Shown here in pieces: positions 9,319 through 19,135 of a stretch of 64,000 nt of DNA. This DNA comes from Pseudomonadota bacterium. Lineage in GTDB: Bacteria > Bdellovibrionota_B > Oligoflexia > Silvanigrellales > Silvanigrellaceae. The position numbers and the translations under genes were made by a program. Where the stretch lies: the NCBI GenBank assembly GCA_039799905.1, contig JBDLRP010000021.1:128001-192000 (forward strand). The letters run 5' to 3'. Each line of letters begins with the position of its first letter. Positions within the stretch are counted from its first letter, which is position 1. Under the pieces are notes generated by a model. It ran no database searches. It was not told the origin of the DNA and worked only from the letters and a program-made list of their open reading frames with translations.

Positions 9319-11169
9319 ATGAAAATTAAAATGCTCACTACAAGCATCCTATCGGCTTTATTGGTCGTCAGCGCATGCAAGCGCAACGGCGATGCACAGC
9401 CCGCTGCTCAAAGCAGCCCCAAAAACTACGATGTTGTTTTTGCGCAATGTCTCGCACCACAGGGAAACGGCGGCAACTACGCAGCGACTCTGACATGGGT
9501 CGGCGAACAGATTCATGTTCGGATTGCTGAAGCGAAGTCGCTTGCACAAAAAGGAAAGCGCGTTGGAATATACGCTGGGTGCATGCTCGGCGGCAGTTCA
9601 GGCAGTGTCACCACGGCCGTGCTGAGCGCAATTCTTTCCAACAAGAACCTATTGCCAAACAAGACCTCTCAGGACGTGCTCTCCATCGACGAAGCAACGC
9701 TGATTGCGAATGCAATGCGATTCGTCGCATTTTCAGTCGACCTCAATCTCCGCGAGCTTGTCCGGTTTTTCGGACAGGCCTTTTGGACTCAGGGCAGCAA
9801 CTTCATTAATCAAAACGCACTGCAGCCATTGATCTCAAATTTATTCGGAAAAGACACCCCCCATTGGTGGAAGGGTGCCACGGTCGATGCCTCCAAAGTG
9901 TTGGTCGATTTTGCGGCTACCATTCACCTTGCCTCCACACTCACTCCACAGCTTGTCAATAAAACCATCTCCTCGGCAATCGCAAATGCAGAACTCAAGG
10001 CTTATCAGGCGCAGGGAGTGAGATACGTTCACGAACTTCCCGAATTTGAATCGCTCAAAGAGATAGAAGCATTGACAGATCAAAACCACGAAGAATTGAG
10101 CACCGGTCTGCAGAAGCAGACACAATTCATTGGTCAGGCAGCTGATGATTTTGTCGCAAAACAGTTTTCGCTCGGCGACTATGCCCGTCGTCATCTTGTT
10201 GATTTGGGCGCCAAAGGGGGAAATTACAAACTTAAAAAAACAATCGACGCACCTCTGGCGACGGGCCTTTGTACGACAACCATGGCAACACTGGTCAGGA
10301 GCAATGAATCTCTGCAGAAACAGCCGATGTACAAAAATCTAAATCCGGTTGTCTTTTGCTCAAAGGAAACAATCAACCGAATACTTTCTTCATCACTCTA
10401 CCAGAAACATATTGCTGAAGGACACCCGTTTGCCACGCGCTTCATTCTCGCATCCGTGCCAACCATCCGCGGAGGCATCGTGCCGAGTATCCGCGAACCC
10501 AACATGATGGCCCCTCTGCGCAGTCGACTTGCGGATGATGAACTTGAGGTGAGCGAATTTTACTTCCCAGCAATGGACAAAGAACTAAACGGTTCTTTCA
10601 CCTTCACACCCATGAATGCTCGGCAGGTGAAAAAGGGGGCAACCGAATTTGTGCCGCATCTGGGAGTCGCGGGCGGATTTCCCGATCGCCGTATCTCAGC
10701 ATGGATCGCCTCCTATTTTTTGGTGGACGCTGTCACCAGACATTTATCTGCAAAAGCAGCTGAGGTGCGCACGACCCTGAGTCTGTTTGGACGCGATAAT
10801 CTGAGAAGCAACCCTGCCTTTCACAAAAACGCCGTAAAGAACGTCTTCTCTGCCTCCCCGTCCGAGGGTGATCAAAATCTGGCAGACTGGATGAGCTTTG
10901 CGGATTCCTTCTGCGACACGATGGGTTCTCACATCGAAAACACTCTGAAAGGAAAAATAGAAAACGTCATCGTGGATTGGGAGGTTTCAAAGCTTCCAGC
11001 TGCACAAAAACCAGGTGGGGCTTCCAAACTTCTGGTCGTACGGGCTATTAATGCAACGAGAACACAGACGCACTCTATTGCAAGGAACACGAGGCTTGTT
11101 TTCGATCCGCTGCTCAAAACAGAACAGAGCTCGCGACTGTTTCAGTCAAATCCCTGCAAAGAACAGTGA
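9319..11169 (+). CDS. Secreted lipoprotein with divergent patatin-like motifs
   Basis: Lipobox VVSA-C; LAPQGNGG glycine loop, GGSSG nucleophile elbow, VAGG at the DGG position. Confidence 0.5.
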   Translation: MKIKMLTTSILSALLVVSACKRNGDAQPAAQSSPKNYDVVFAQCLAPQGNGGNYAATLTWVGEQIHVRIAEAKSLAQKGKRVGIYAGCMLGGSSGSVTTAVLSAILSNKNLLPNKTSQDVLSIDEATLIANAMRFVAFSVDLNLRELVRFFGQAFWTQGSNFINQNALQPLISNLFGKDTPHWWKGATVDASKVLVDFAATIHLASTLTPQLVNKTISSAIANAELKAYQAQGVRYVHELPEFESLKEIEALTDQNHEELSTGLQKQTQFIGQAADDFVAKQFSLGDYARRHLVDLGAKGGNYKLKKTIDAPLATGLCTTTMATLVRSNESLQKQPMYKNLNPVVFCSKETINRILSSSLYQKHIAEGHPFATRFILASVPTIRGGIVPSIREPNMMAPLRSRLADDELEVSEFYFPAMDKELNGSFTFTPMNARQVKKGATEFVPHLGVAGGFPDRRISAWIASYFLVDAVTRHLSAKAAEVRTTLSLFGRDNLRSNPAFHKNAVKNVFSASPSEGDQNLADWMSFADSFCDTMGSHIENTLKGKIENVIVDWEVSKLPAAQKPGGASKLLVVRAINATRTQTHSIARNTRLVFDPLLKTEQSSRLFQSNPCKEQ

Positions 11170-11208
11170 CAAGCACGAGTCAGGTTGAGCAAACAAACCT
11201 TCAGACTG

Positions 11209-12462
11209 TCACTCCGGATGAAGAATTCCTGCCAAGAGAAGAGACCAACTGTCGCCGCGAATCTTCTCGCGTGGGGTGAGTGACAAACGATCGTCCTGCA
11301 AAAGCAAGAGTCCCTCATCGAGCGCTCGGCGAACGCGCGAATCTCCCCAAAGAGCCGCTAAACTCGAATCTTCGTAAACAGAACTGAGCCACGCCAGGGG
11401 GATGCCATTGCGGGTGCGCAAAAGCGTCATGAGAAGCTCTTGCAAAGCATCATTTCGGGAACGGGCATCTTCGGAAAAATCAAATGTGAAGAGTTGCTCT
11501 GCATCGCTTGCGAACGGCATGAGATCGTCACCGAGGTTACGTCGGAGAGTCGACGGTCCGACCCTATAGCGGCGTCCAAAGGGATGCTCTGCAGTCGGCG
11601 GAAGGAGCCCGTGCGCTCCTGTTCCAAGCCCGAGATAGGGAAGACCATACCAATAAAGGCGGTTGTGGACCGGCGCTGAAAGTGAAAAATTGCTTGTTTC
11701 ATGTTGAATGAAACCTGCTGCTCCGCAGGTCGCAATAATACTTTCATACTCAGCGATGACAACGTTATCCTCTGCTGTCGACTCAGAGGAAAACGGCGTG
11801 GTCTCTTCGATGGTCAACAGATAGCAGGACACTCCGGTTGAGCCGCAATCTCGAAGCTGATTTATTTCATCAGAGATTAATCTTTGCGATGCAAGGCTTT
11901 TGACCCCAAAAATCAGATCGGCTTGAACCTGCTTGAATCCTGCGGCGAGCGCTGAGCGCACGTTTTTCAAAATTTGCTCTGCAGTGTGCTTGCGTCCGAG
12001 ATACTTCAAGACGTCAGGATTGAGTGATTGCGCCCCCAGTGTCATGCGGGTTGCACCAAGCGCAGTCCATTCTGAAAAAGCTTTGTTCGAATTGGTGAAG
12101 GGATTGGTCTCGACGGTAAATTCCTCGATGCGAAATCTGGACGAAATCTTTTGGATTAAAGGCTGATAATATGCCGCAGGAAAAAGGCTGGGTGTTCCTC
12201 CGCCCAGATAAACAGTGACCGTCGTGATGTCATCAGGGACCTGCGTGCAAAGAACATCGAACTGCACAATCAATTGAGAAAAATAAGCTGACACATCGGC
12301 GCGCGAAAACTTGGCCGTCTTGACGAAATCACAATACGGACAAATGTGCGGACAGAAAGGCACATGTACATAGATGCCCAAACGTGATTCCGCTGCAAAA
12401 TCCGCCGCGAGTCCGCTGGCGCGAAAAAAAGATTCGGTCATCAGCTGTGTGTTGCTGTTCAT
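11209..12462 (-). CDS. hemW: Radical SAM heme chaperone, HemW/HemN-like
   Basis: YVHVPFCPHICPYCDF (CxxxCxxC), YLGGGTPS, ETSNF, HNRLYW, YLGLGTGAHG; start uncertain (12462 or 12441). Confidence 0.88.
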   Translation of the reverse strand: MNSNTQLMTESFFRASGLAADFAAESRLGIYVHVPFCPHICPYCDFVKTAKFSRADVSAYFSQLIVQFDVLCTQVPDDITTVTVYLGGGTPSLFPAAYYQPLIQKISSRFRIEEFTVETNPFTNSNKAFSEWTALGATRMTLGAQSLNPDVLKYLGRKHTAEQILKNVRSALAAGFKQVQADLIFGVKSLASQRLISDEINQLRDCGSTGVSCYLLTIEETTPFSSESTAEDNVVIAEYESIIATCGAAGFIQHETSNFSLSAPVHNRLYWYGLPYLGLGTGAHGLLPPTAEHPFGRRYRVGPSTLRRNLGDDLMPFASDAEQLFTFDFSEDARSRNDALQELLMTLLRTRNGIPLAWLSSVYEDSSLAALWGDSRVRRALDEGLLLLQDDRLSLTPREKIRGDSWSLLLAGILHPE

Positions 12463-12498
12463 GACCGAATCCCTTCGCACTGAAAACTATCGAGCACT

Positions 12499-13839
12499 TC
12501 AGCCTTCACAGGTAATCGACAAAGACGAGACTGCGATTGCCGGACAGACGCCGCCGGAAGCGCGTTCTTGCTTGTTGTCAACTGCGGTGATCGATTGCAG
12601 CAGTGTCAGAATGTCTCCGGCGACCGTGACACCCTCGAGACTTTCTCTTTTGCCGTTGCGCTGCCGGTAGCCCAGAAAAGGAAGAGAAAAAGAACCCTGC
12701 AGCGGATTGACGCCTGCGTGCAGTGCCTCAAGTTCGTCGATCCAAATACAATCATCAGCTGCGTTGCCCAGTCCGTTGCCTGCGGCAACGTTGTAGAACC
12801 ACGGACCGACCGACATTTTTGCTCCGACGCGCGCGTGTCCGGTTTTGCCGGCATTGAAAACCTTGGCAGACACTGAATGGTGCCACAGACCCGTCAGCGA
12901 GCCGCGGTCCAAAAGCACTGTTCTGCGCACTGCCGTGCCTTCGCCGTCAAAGAGAGCCGGACTGACGTTCAACGGGTGCAACGGATCGTCGCTCACCGAC
13001 AGCAACGGGCTCGCAACCGAAGTGCCAAGGCTTTCTTTTGAATGCAGTGACTGTTGGTCGAGAATATTTTGCGCATTGAACAGATTTGAAAACGCATCCA
13101 GCAGATCCAAAAATGCGTGCCCCGAAAACACCACCGGATATTGTCCGGACTGAATTTTTACAGGGTGCAGATGCGAAACCAGCAGCTCACCCGCCGTTTT
13201 CGCAACATCGCCGATGTTGAGGTCCGGCAGCGAAAGTGCATGATTCCAATGACCTGCTGCACGGGGCTTGTGGCCTTGCGCCTGACCGCGCGCATAAAGA
13301 TATGTGGACACCGACCCACCGCTTTGTCTGCGGATCAATCCGTCACTGTTTGCATAGAATCGATCCATCCGCCTTTGCGAGACCGCATTGTAAGGCACGC
13401 CCGTAATATCTGCGTGCATGCCCTTCAATTGACGGACCCCCGCAAGCAGCGAATCGCTCAGATCGTGCAGAGGCACTGGCGCAGATGCGGATGCTGAAAG
13501 AGCAGGAAGTGATTCTGCATGCACCGCAACAGGTAACTCCGGAAGGCTGTCGGCCGGACCCAATGCAGCTGATTCCAGCGCGACATCGATCGCATTTAAA
13601 ATCTCGTTTTGCTCGAGCGAGGTGATCTGCACGACACCGACACGCCCATCGGTGTTCCAAACACGCAATGTAGCATTGGTGCGCTGGGATGCCGATTGAT
13701 CCAAACTCTCGTCCTCTTTTATTTTGACCGTTTGATCTTCAACTCCGGAGCCTGAGATATCGAATCGAATTTCGGGTCTCGCACGGGCAATTGAATTCAC
13801 CAGACTTTGAACATCCATCTGTGCAGCCATCTTACGCAC
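12499..13839 (-). CDS. pmbA: TldD/PmbA family protein, PmbA/TldE subunit
   Basis: ASPLLSVSDDP, FDGEG, SFSLPF and TVAGD motifs; lacks HExxGH; downstream of tldD. Confidence 0.9.
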   Translation of the reverse strand: MRKMAAQMDVQSLVNSIARARPEIRFDISGSGVEDQTVKIKEDESLDQSASQRTNATLRVWNTDGRVGVVQITSLEQNEILNAIDVALESAALGPADSLPELPVAVHAESLPALSASASAPVPLHDLSDSLLAGVRQLKGMHADITGVPYNAVSQRRMDRFYANSDGLIRRQSGGSVSTYLYARGQAQGHKPRAAGHWNHALSLPDLNIGDVAKTAGELLVSHLHPVKIQSGQYPVVFSGHAFLDLLDAFSNLFNAQNILDQQSLHSKESLGTSVASPLLSVSDDPLHPLNVSPALFDGEGTAVRRTVLLDRGSLTGLWHHSVSAKVFNAGKTGHARVGAKMSVGPWFYNVAAGNGLGNAADDCIWIDELEALHAGVNPLQGSFSLPFLGYRQRNGKRESLEGVTVAGDILTLLQSITAVDNKQERASGGVCPAIAVSSLSITCEG

Positions 13840-15307
13840 GACCTCCGACTGTAATATTGTCCACCTTCAAATGAGGCTGGCCGACTGTTGTGTAGATTGT
13901 CCCGCTTACCGATCCGCAGAACCCAGGTGCAAGTTCGATATCGTTGGCACATGCGGAAATCTTCTTCATGATGTCGACCGCCGTTCCAATCAGAGTCGCC
14001 CCCTTGACTGGCTTGCCAATTTTACCTTTTTCAATCACGTAGGCTTCGCCCACAGCGAAATTGAATTCTCCGGTTGCGCCAACACTGCCGCCACCCATCT
14101 TCTTGCAATAAAGGCCAGAATCAATTCCAGCGATGAGTTCTTCTGGGGTATGTTCACCCGGCGCAATAAATGTATTGCGCATCCGGCTTGCTGCGGCAAA
14201 CGAAAAATTTTGCCGTCGGCCGCTGCCAGTGCGTGGATGTCCAAAACGCATTGCACCTGCTCGATCGGCAATGAAATTGCGCAGGATTCCATTTTCGATG
14301 AGAAGAGTGGATTGCGCGGGCATTCCTTCGTCATCCATGTCGGTCGAGCCGAACGCTCCTTCGGTCACACCTTCATCCCATGCAGTCAAATTCTCATGGG
14401 CTATCTGCTGTCCCAAGGAGTCCGCAAACGGAGTGGTCTTGCGTTCGATTTGCGTCGTTTCCAGCAGGTGCCCGCACGCTTCATGAAAGATGACTCCGCC
14501 AAAGCGGTTCGCCATGATCAGCGGATATTGTCCGGCTGAAACGTATTGTGCGCGCAGCATGACAGCCGCGGAATTTGCGAGGTCTTCAATGACAGGATTC
14601 ATGTCGACTGTTTTGAGAAAATCAGGAACTCCCGTCGAGGCCCTCTGCTCATGCAGCGAGGTGCGGTCGGCACCGTCGACACAGTTGACCCCAAGCCGAG
14701 AGAGCTGATGCAGACGAATGTCGCGTGCAAACACACCATCGGATGCCGCCACCAGAACTTCCTGCCAATCACGAAAAGCGGCCACTTGGTCGCTCTGCAG
14801 GTGTTGGACTTTTTTTCTCACGAGGGAGGACTGGGCCAGGAGTCGCTCCGAAAGTTCGGCAACACCCGCGCAGGCAGACAACCAACTGTCTTTTTTCTTC
14901 AGTGCTGCGAAATCGCGCAATGGCTCGAGCTGAACGTCACGACCCAAGGACGAACCCATCCGCGACGAGCAGCCCAACATGCCGAGTGCCTGATCGACCG
15001 CCCAACGCAGCCCAGACAGAGTCACGTCGTTCGTGCTGACGTACACATCCTGCTTCCCCTTGAAGCAGCGGACTCCGGCGCCCAATGAAAATGCCGGCGC
15101 CACGGCGGTCACCTTGCCGTTTTCAGTGGTCACCCGAAGGCTATTGCGACGCTCGAGAAATACTTCGGCGAAATCTGCGCCCGAACGGCGCGCGTGCCCG
15201 AGAATAAGCGAAAGCAACGGACGCCATGACTCACCAAAAGGTCCATCCGCAGGCGCCTGAATGCTGGAAAAACTGGCCTCAAAATCTCTTTGCAGAAGCG
15301 GTCTCAT
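13832..15307 (-). CDS. tldD: TldD metalloprotease subunit
   Basis: FHEACGHLLE zinc motif, DDEG, TGSGRRQ, RMRNT, GFCGS..VGQP..ITVGG. Confidence 0.95.
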   Translation of the reverse strand: MRPLLQRDFEASFSSIQAPADGPFGESWRPLLSLILGHARRSGADFAEVFLERRNSLRVTTENGKVTAVAPAFSLGAGVRCFKGKQDVYVSTNDVTLSGLRWAVDQALGMLGCSSRMGSSLGRDVQLEPLRDFAALKKKDSWLSACAGVAELSERLLAQSSLVRKKVQHLQSDQVAAFRDWQEVLVAASDGVFARDIRLHQLSRLGVNCVDGADRTSLHEQRASTGVPDFLKTVDMNPVIEDLANSAAVMLRAQYVSAGQYPLIMANRFGGVIFHEACGHLLETTQIERKTTPFADSLGQQIAHENLTAWDEGVTEGAFGSTDMDDEGMPAQSTLLIENGILRNFIADRAGAMRFGHPRTGSGRRQNFSFAAASRMRNTFIAPGEHTPEELIAGIDSGLYCKKMGGGSVGATGEFNFAVGEAYVIEKGKIGKPVKGATLIGTAVDIMKKISACANDIELAPGFCGSVSGTIYTTVGQPHLKVDNITVGGRA

Positions 15308-15436
15308 ATCGACGGCTCTCCCTTTGACGCGAACTTCTTGTCTGACAAGTCTGCTGTGGTAGACAAAGAAGTCTGATATGTATGCGCGAAGCTACAGTCA
15401 TGACCCAAACTCTGACCGGACACAAGGACACCAAAA

Positions 15437-17212
15437 ATGACAGCCCTTCGGAGCCACACCTGCGGAGAACTCAACGCCAGCGCCATCGGCCGGACCGTCC
15501 GGTTGATGGGTTTTGCACATGCCGTGCGCAACCTTGGCGGCCTATTGTTTATTGATCTCCGAGATCACTATGGAATCACGCAGGTTGTCATTCATCCCGA
15601 GCAGCCTTTTTTTGCGAGTGCAAGCCAATTGCGCGCTGAGTCGGTGATTTCCGTACACGGTGAGGTACGCCGCAGGGAGTCGGTCAACAACAAGATTCCG
15701 ACGGGCGAAATAGAGGTCATCTGCTCGGAATATGAGCTGGAATCCGCGTCCGAAATTCTGCCCTTTCCTGTTGCACATAATCCCAAAGAAGAGAGCGAAG
15801 ACACGCGGCTCAAATATCGTTTCCTCGATCTGCGCACCGAAAAAATGCACAAAAACATCATTTTCCGCTCAAAGTTTATTCACCATGTGCGCAATAAGAT
15901 GGTGGAGTTGGGATTCATGGAGTTCCAGACACCGATTTTGACAAGCAGTTCACCTGAAGGCGCGCGCGACTTTCTGGTTCCAAGCCGTCTCCATCCCGGC
16001 CACTTCTACGCTCTGCCGCAGGCTCCCCAGCAGTTCAAGCAATTGCTGATGTGCTCCGGTTTTGATCGTTATTTTCAGATCGCACCCTGCTTTCGAGATG
16101 AAGATGCACGCGCCGATCGCAGCCCCGGAGAATTTTATCAGCTTGACGTCGAGATGGCCTTCGCGACTCAAGAGGAAATTTTCACGGTCATCGAAAAGCT
16201 GATGGTGGATTTATTTACGCAGTTTTCTGAACGGCCTATCCTTGGCAATCCGTTTCCGCGCATCCCCTACAAAACAGCCCTCGAAAGCTACGGCTCCGAC
16301 AAGCCCGACCTGCGCTATGGGCTTGAAATGCACGACGTACGAGATGTTTTTGCCAACACGGGCTTTGAGGTCTTTCAAAAAATTCTTCAGGCTCCGCGCG
16401 GCGTACTCAGGGCCATTCGCATTCCGGCCGGAGCGGCGCAGAGTCGAAAATTCTTTGACGATGCACAGGCTCAGGCCCGCGTGTTCGGATTGGGTGGATT
16501 GCCCTACCTGACGCTCAAAGACGGCGAATGGAAAGGAAGCATCGTCAAGCAGACCAGCGAAGATGAACGCGCTGCGCTTGCAAAAAAACTGCAGACTGAA
16601 AATGGTGACGCGGTTGTGTTTATTGTCGGGGATGACTCACGCGTCTGCCTGACGATGGGCGGAAAGCTGCGCACATGGCTGGCAGATACGCTCAAGATTG
16701 AGAAGAAACACGGCTGGGCCTTTTGCTGGATCGTCGATTTTCCGTTCTATGAGTGGAATGAAGACGAACAGAAAATTGATTTTTGCCACAACCCGTTTTC
16801 CATGCCGCAGGGTGGGCTCGATGCTCTCGCATCTCAAGACCCGCTCGACATTCTGGCCTACCAGTACGACATCGTTTGCAACGGCGTAGAACTCTCTTCC
16901 GGTGCCATCCGCAATCATCGGCGCGACGTCATGAGAAAGGCATTCGAGATTGCAGGCTACAGCGAGACAGAAATTGAAACTCGGTTTCCTGCTCTGTGGA
17001 ACGCATTTTCATATGGACCGCCTCCGCACGGAGGAATTGCCCCCGGCATTGACCGCATGATCATGTTACTTTTGGATGAGCCCAATATTCGCCAAGTCAT
17101 TGCCTTCCCACTGAACCAAAAGGGGCAAGATTTGCTGATGAACGCGCCATCACCAGTGAAAGAAAAGCAACTGCGTGACGTTCACATTGCGCTGCGCGAT
17201 TCGTCAAAATAG
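15437..17212 (+). CDS. aspS: Aspartate-tRNA ligase
   Basis: [59 protein letters not shown]. Confidence 0.98.
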   Translation: MTALRSHTCGELNASAIGRTVRLMGFAHAVRNLGGLLFIDLRDHYGITQVVIHPEQPFFASASQLRAESVISVHGEVRRRESVNNKIPTGEIEVICSEYELESASEILPFPVAHNPKEESEDTRLKYRFLDLRTEKMHKNIIFRSKFIHHVRNKMVELGFMEFQTPILTSSSPEGARDFLVPSRLHPGHFYALPQAPQQFKQLLMCSGFDRYFQIAPCFRDEDARADRSPGEFYQLDVEMAFATQEEIFTVIEKLMVDLFTQFSERPILGNPFPRIPYKTALESYGSDKPDLRYGLEMHDVRDVFANTGFEVFQKILQAPRGVLRAIRIPAGAAQSRKFFDDAQAQARVFGLGGLPYLTLKDGEWKGSIVKQTSEDERAALAKKLQTENGDAVVFIVGDDSRVCLTMGGKLRTWLADTLKIEKKHGWAFCWIVDFPFYEWNEDEQKIDFCHNPFSMPQGGLDALASQDPLDILAYQYDIVCNGVELSSGAIRNHRRDVMRKAFEIAGYSETEIETRFPALWNAFSYGPPPHGGIAPGIDRMIMLLLDEPNIRQVIAFPLNQKGQDLLMNAPSPVKEKQLRDVHIALRDSSK

Positions 17213-17282
17213 TTTCACCCCCTCTGCAGCACATCCTCCGGCCACAGTACACTGACAGTGCACTCATGTTCGGAGGCAATTC

Positions 17283-18389
17283 ATGGGATCAATGTATTCC
17301 GCTTCGCGCGGAGTTGTTGCTTTTCTTGCACTCGCAGTTCTGCCGTCTAAGACTGCAATGGGAGCTGCTTGGTGGTATGAACAGGCAGAACGACTCCAGC
17401 ACGTCAGTGCGGCTCTTTTGGACGGCCCTCCGATTGCAGAGCCCGTGCCCAACCGAAACTTCATTGGCGCCCGCTTGTCGGCAAGTCTGTTACCCAAAAC
17501 AAACCCCACAGTAGGCTCCAAGCAGGAGAAAGTGCCTGCGGCCCCGCTGCACACCGTTCCCACTTTTGTGGCAGGCATGCAGGTTTTCAGCTCAGGCCGT
17601 TACTCTTTGGTAGGAACCGCGTCGGCAGGATACCTCTATTTGCCTGAGTCCGTGGGCAAACTTTTGGGCGTGAAGGCAACCCTGAGTCAGTTTGCCATGG
17701 GCGCCAACGCTGAAAACATGTTCAGGCTTGCCAACATGATCCTCACCACAAGTTTTGGATTCCAGTACAGCAAGGTCAACCTTGAAGGTGGGATTACCGC
17801 TGAAGAGGCTAAAGATGTTTTTGATGCGGCCACGACGCTCGTGCATCTGACTCAGGGTATCAAAGGTCAGACCATTCCGCTGTGGGCAAATGCAATGTTT
17901 CTCGTCCGCCGAAACACGAGTAAGTTCAATATCTCACTCGAAAAGACAGAATTCGTCCGCGAAGACAAAATGGAAGATGCACAGCCGCCGATTGCGACTC
18001 AGATCACTATTGGAGCCAACCTGGGTAAGTCGATGCAACTGGCTCTGTCTGAATACATCGTGCCTGATCGTTTGATTATGCCGCGAGTGAGCTTTGTCTA
18101 TCAGTATGCCTTGGGAGCAACCGGCTCACCCGTTGAGGACACTCCGGTAACACCGCCCAAAACAGCTCCGCGCAAAAAGAAGAAGCGCTCCGCTGCAGCA
18201 ACAGAAACAGGCGGCGCGACGGGGACTGTCGATACAAGCATTGCCAAACCTGCTGCAAGACCAGCTGGCAAAGCTTCCGCAAAACCCGCAGCCAAACCCA
18301 AAGCACCGGATGCAAGCGAATCGCCCGCGGATGGCGGATTTACGAGTCCCCCAGCCTCCGATCCTGCGACAGGGGCACCCGTGCCTTGA
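17283..18389 (+). CDS. Putative outer-membrane beta-barrel protein with an Ala/Pro/Lys-rich C-terminal tail
   Basis: GGAGG RBS, signal peptide, amphipathic beta-strand pattern ending in RVSFVYQY, then ~90 low-complexity residues. Confidence 0.5.
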   Translation: MGSMYSASRGVVAFLALAVLPSKTAMGAAWWYEQAERLQHVSAALLDGPPIAEPVPNRNFIGARLSASLLPKTNPTVGSKQEKVPAAPLHTVPTFVAGMQVFSSGRYSLVGTASAGYLYLPESVGKLLGVKATLSQFAMGANAENMFRLANMILTTSFGFQYSKVNLEGGITAEEAKDVFDAATTLVHLTQGIKGQTIPLWANAMFLVRRNTSKFNISLEKTEFVREDKMEDAQPPIATQITIGANLGKSMQLALSEYIVPDRLIMPRVSFVYQYALGATGSPVEDTPVTPPKTAPRKKKKRSAAATETGGATGTVDTSIAKPAARPAGKASAKPAAKPKAPDASESPADGGFTSPPASDPATGAPVP

Positions 18390-18460
18390 ATTTGGGTTTT
18401 GAGCACACTGAAACTTTTGAACGTTGTATGAAAACCTGAAAGACGGGAGATGAAATTAAA

Positions 18461-19123
18461 ATGAATATCTACAAGCCAGTCAGCAAAATCATTCTGCTTG
18501 TCTGCGGCTTTGTTCTTTCGGCCTGCAGCGCATACGACCTTGGTACCGCAGGAAATTACTACTACGACATCGGTGCCGAGAATATTGCCAACCCAACATG
18601 GGAAGGCGGCATCAACGTCATTGTTGAAAAGAAATGTGCGACCTGCCACACCGCGCAAACTCCCTGGTACAAACCAAAGAACGTTGATGAAGGCGGCTTT
18701 GGCAAACAGCTCGAAGGCATCGGTACCAAGGAATTTTGGAAAAAAGATGATCCGGTGCTCAGTGTCATCAAACTATGTTTGGAAGCCACTTGCGGAAAAG
18801 AAAAAATCCCAATGCCGCCAAAGTACGCGACGCCGCTCAGCCAAATCGAGAAACAAGCTTTGCTCAACTATCTGACGCCTCTGCTTCCTGCGGCTTCTGC
18901 CGGATTCTCGGCGAAGTTTCAGGGCTGCGAAGGCTGTCACGGTAAGGAAGGAAAGAACGAAACGTCCAAAATCGGTCCGAAGCTGTCCGCTACTGCACTC
19001 TCACTCGACGAGTTTAAAGCAGTCATCCGCGCAGGTCGAGGCGGCATGCCAGCCTACGCGGTCGACGCTTATTCCGACGCAGAGCTGGAACAAGATTACA
19101 ACCAGCTCAAAACCCTTCCCTGA
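18461..19123 (+). CDS. Diheme c-type cytochrome lipoprotein
   Basis: Lipobox VLSA-C; CATCH and CEGCH heme motifs, each followed by a candidate Met ligand (PMPP, GGMPAY). Confidence 0.88.
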   Translation: MNIYKPVSKIILLVCGFVLSACSAYDLGTAGNYYYDIGAENIANPTWEGGINVIVEKKCATCHTAQTPWYKPKNVDEGGFGKQLEGIGTKEFWKKDDPVLSVIKLCLEATCGKEKIPMPPKYATPLSQIEKQALLNYLTPLLPAASAGFSAKFQGCEGCHGKEGKNETSKIGPKLSATALSLDEFKAVIRAGRGGMPAYAVDAYSDAELEQDYNQLKTLP

Positions 19124-19135
19124 GCCCCGAGCCCG

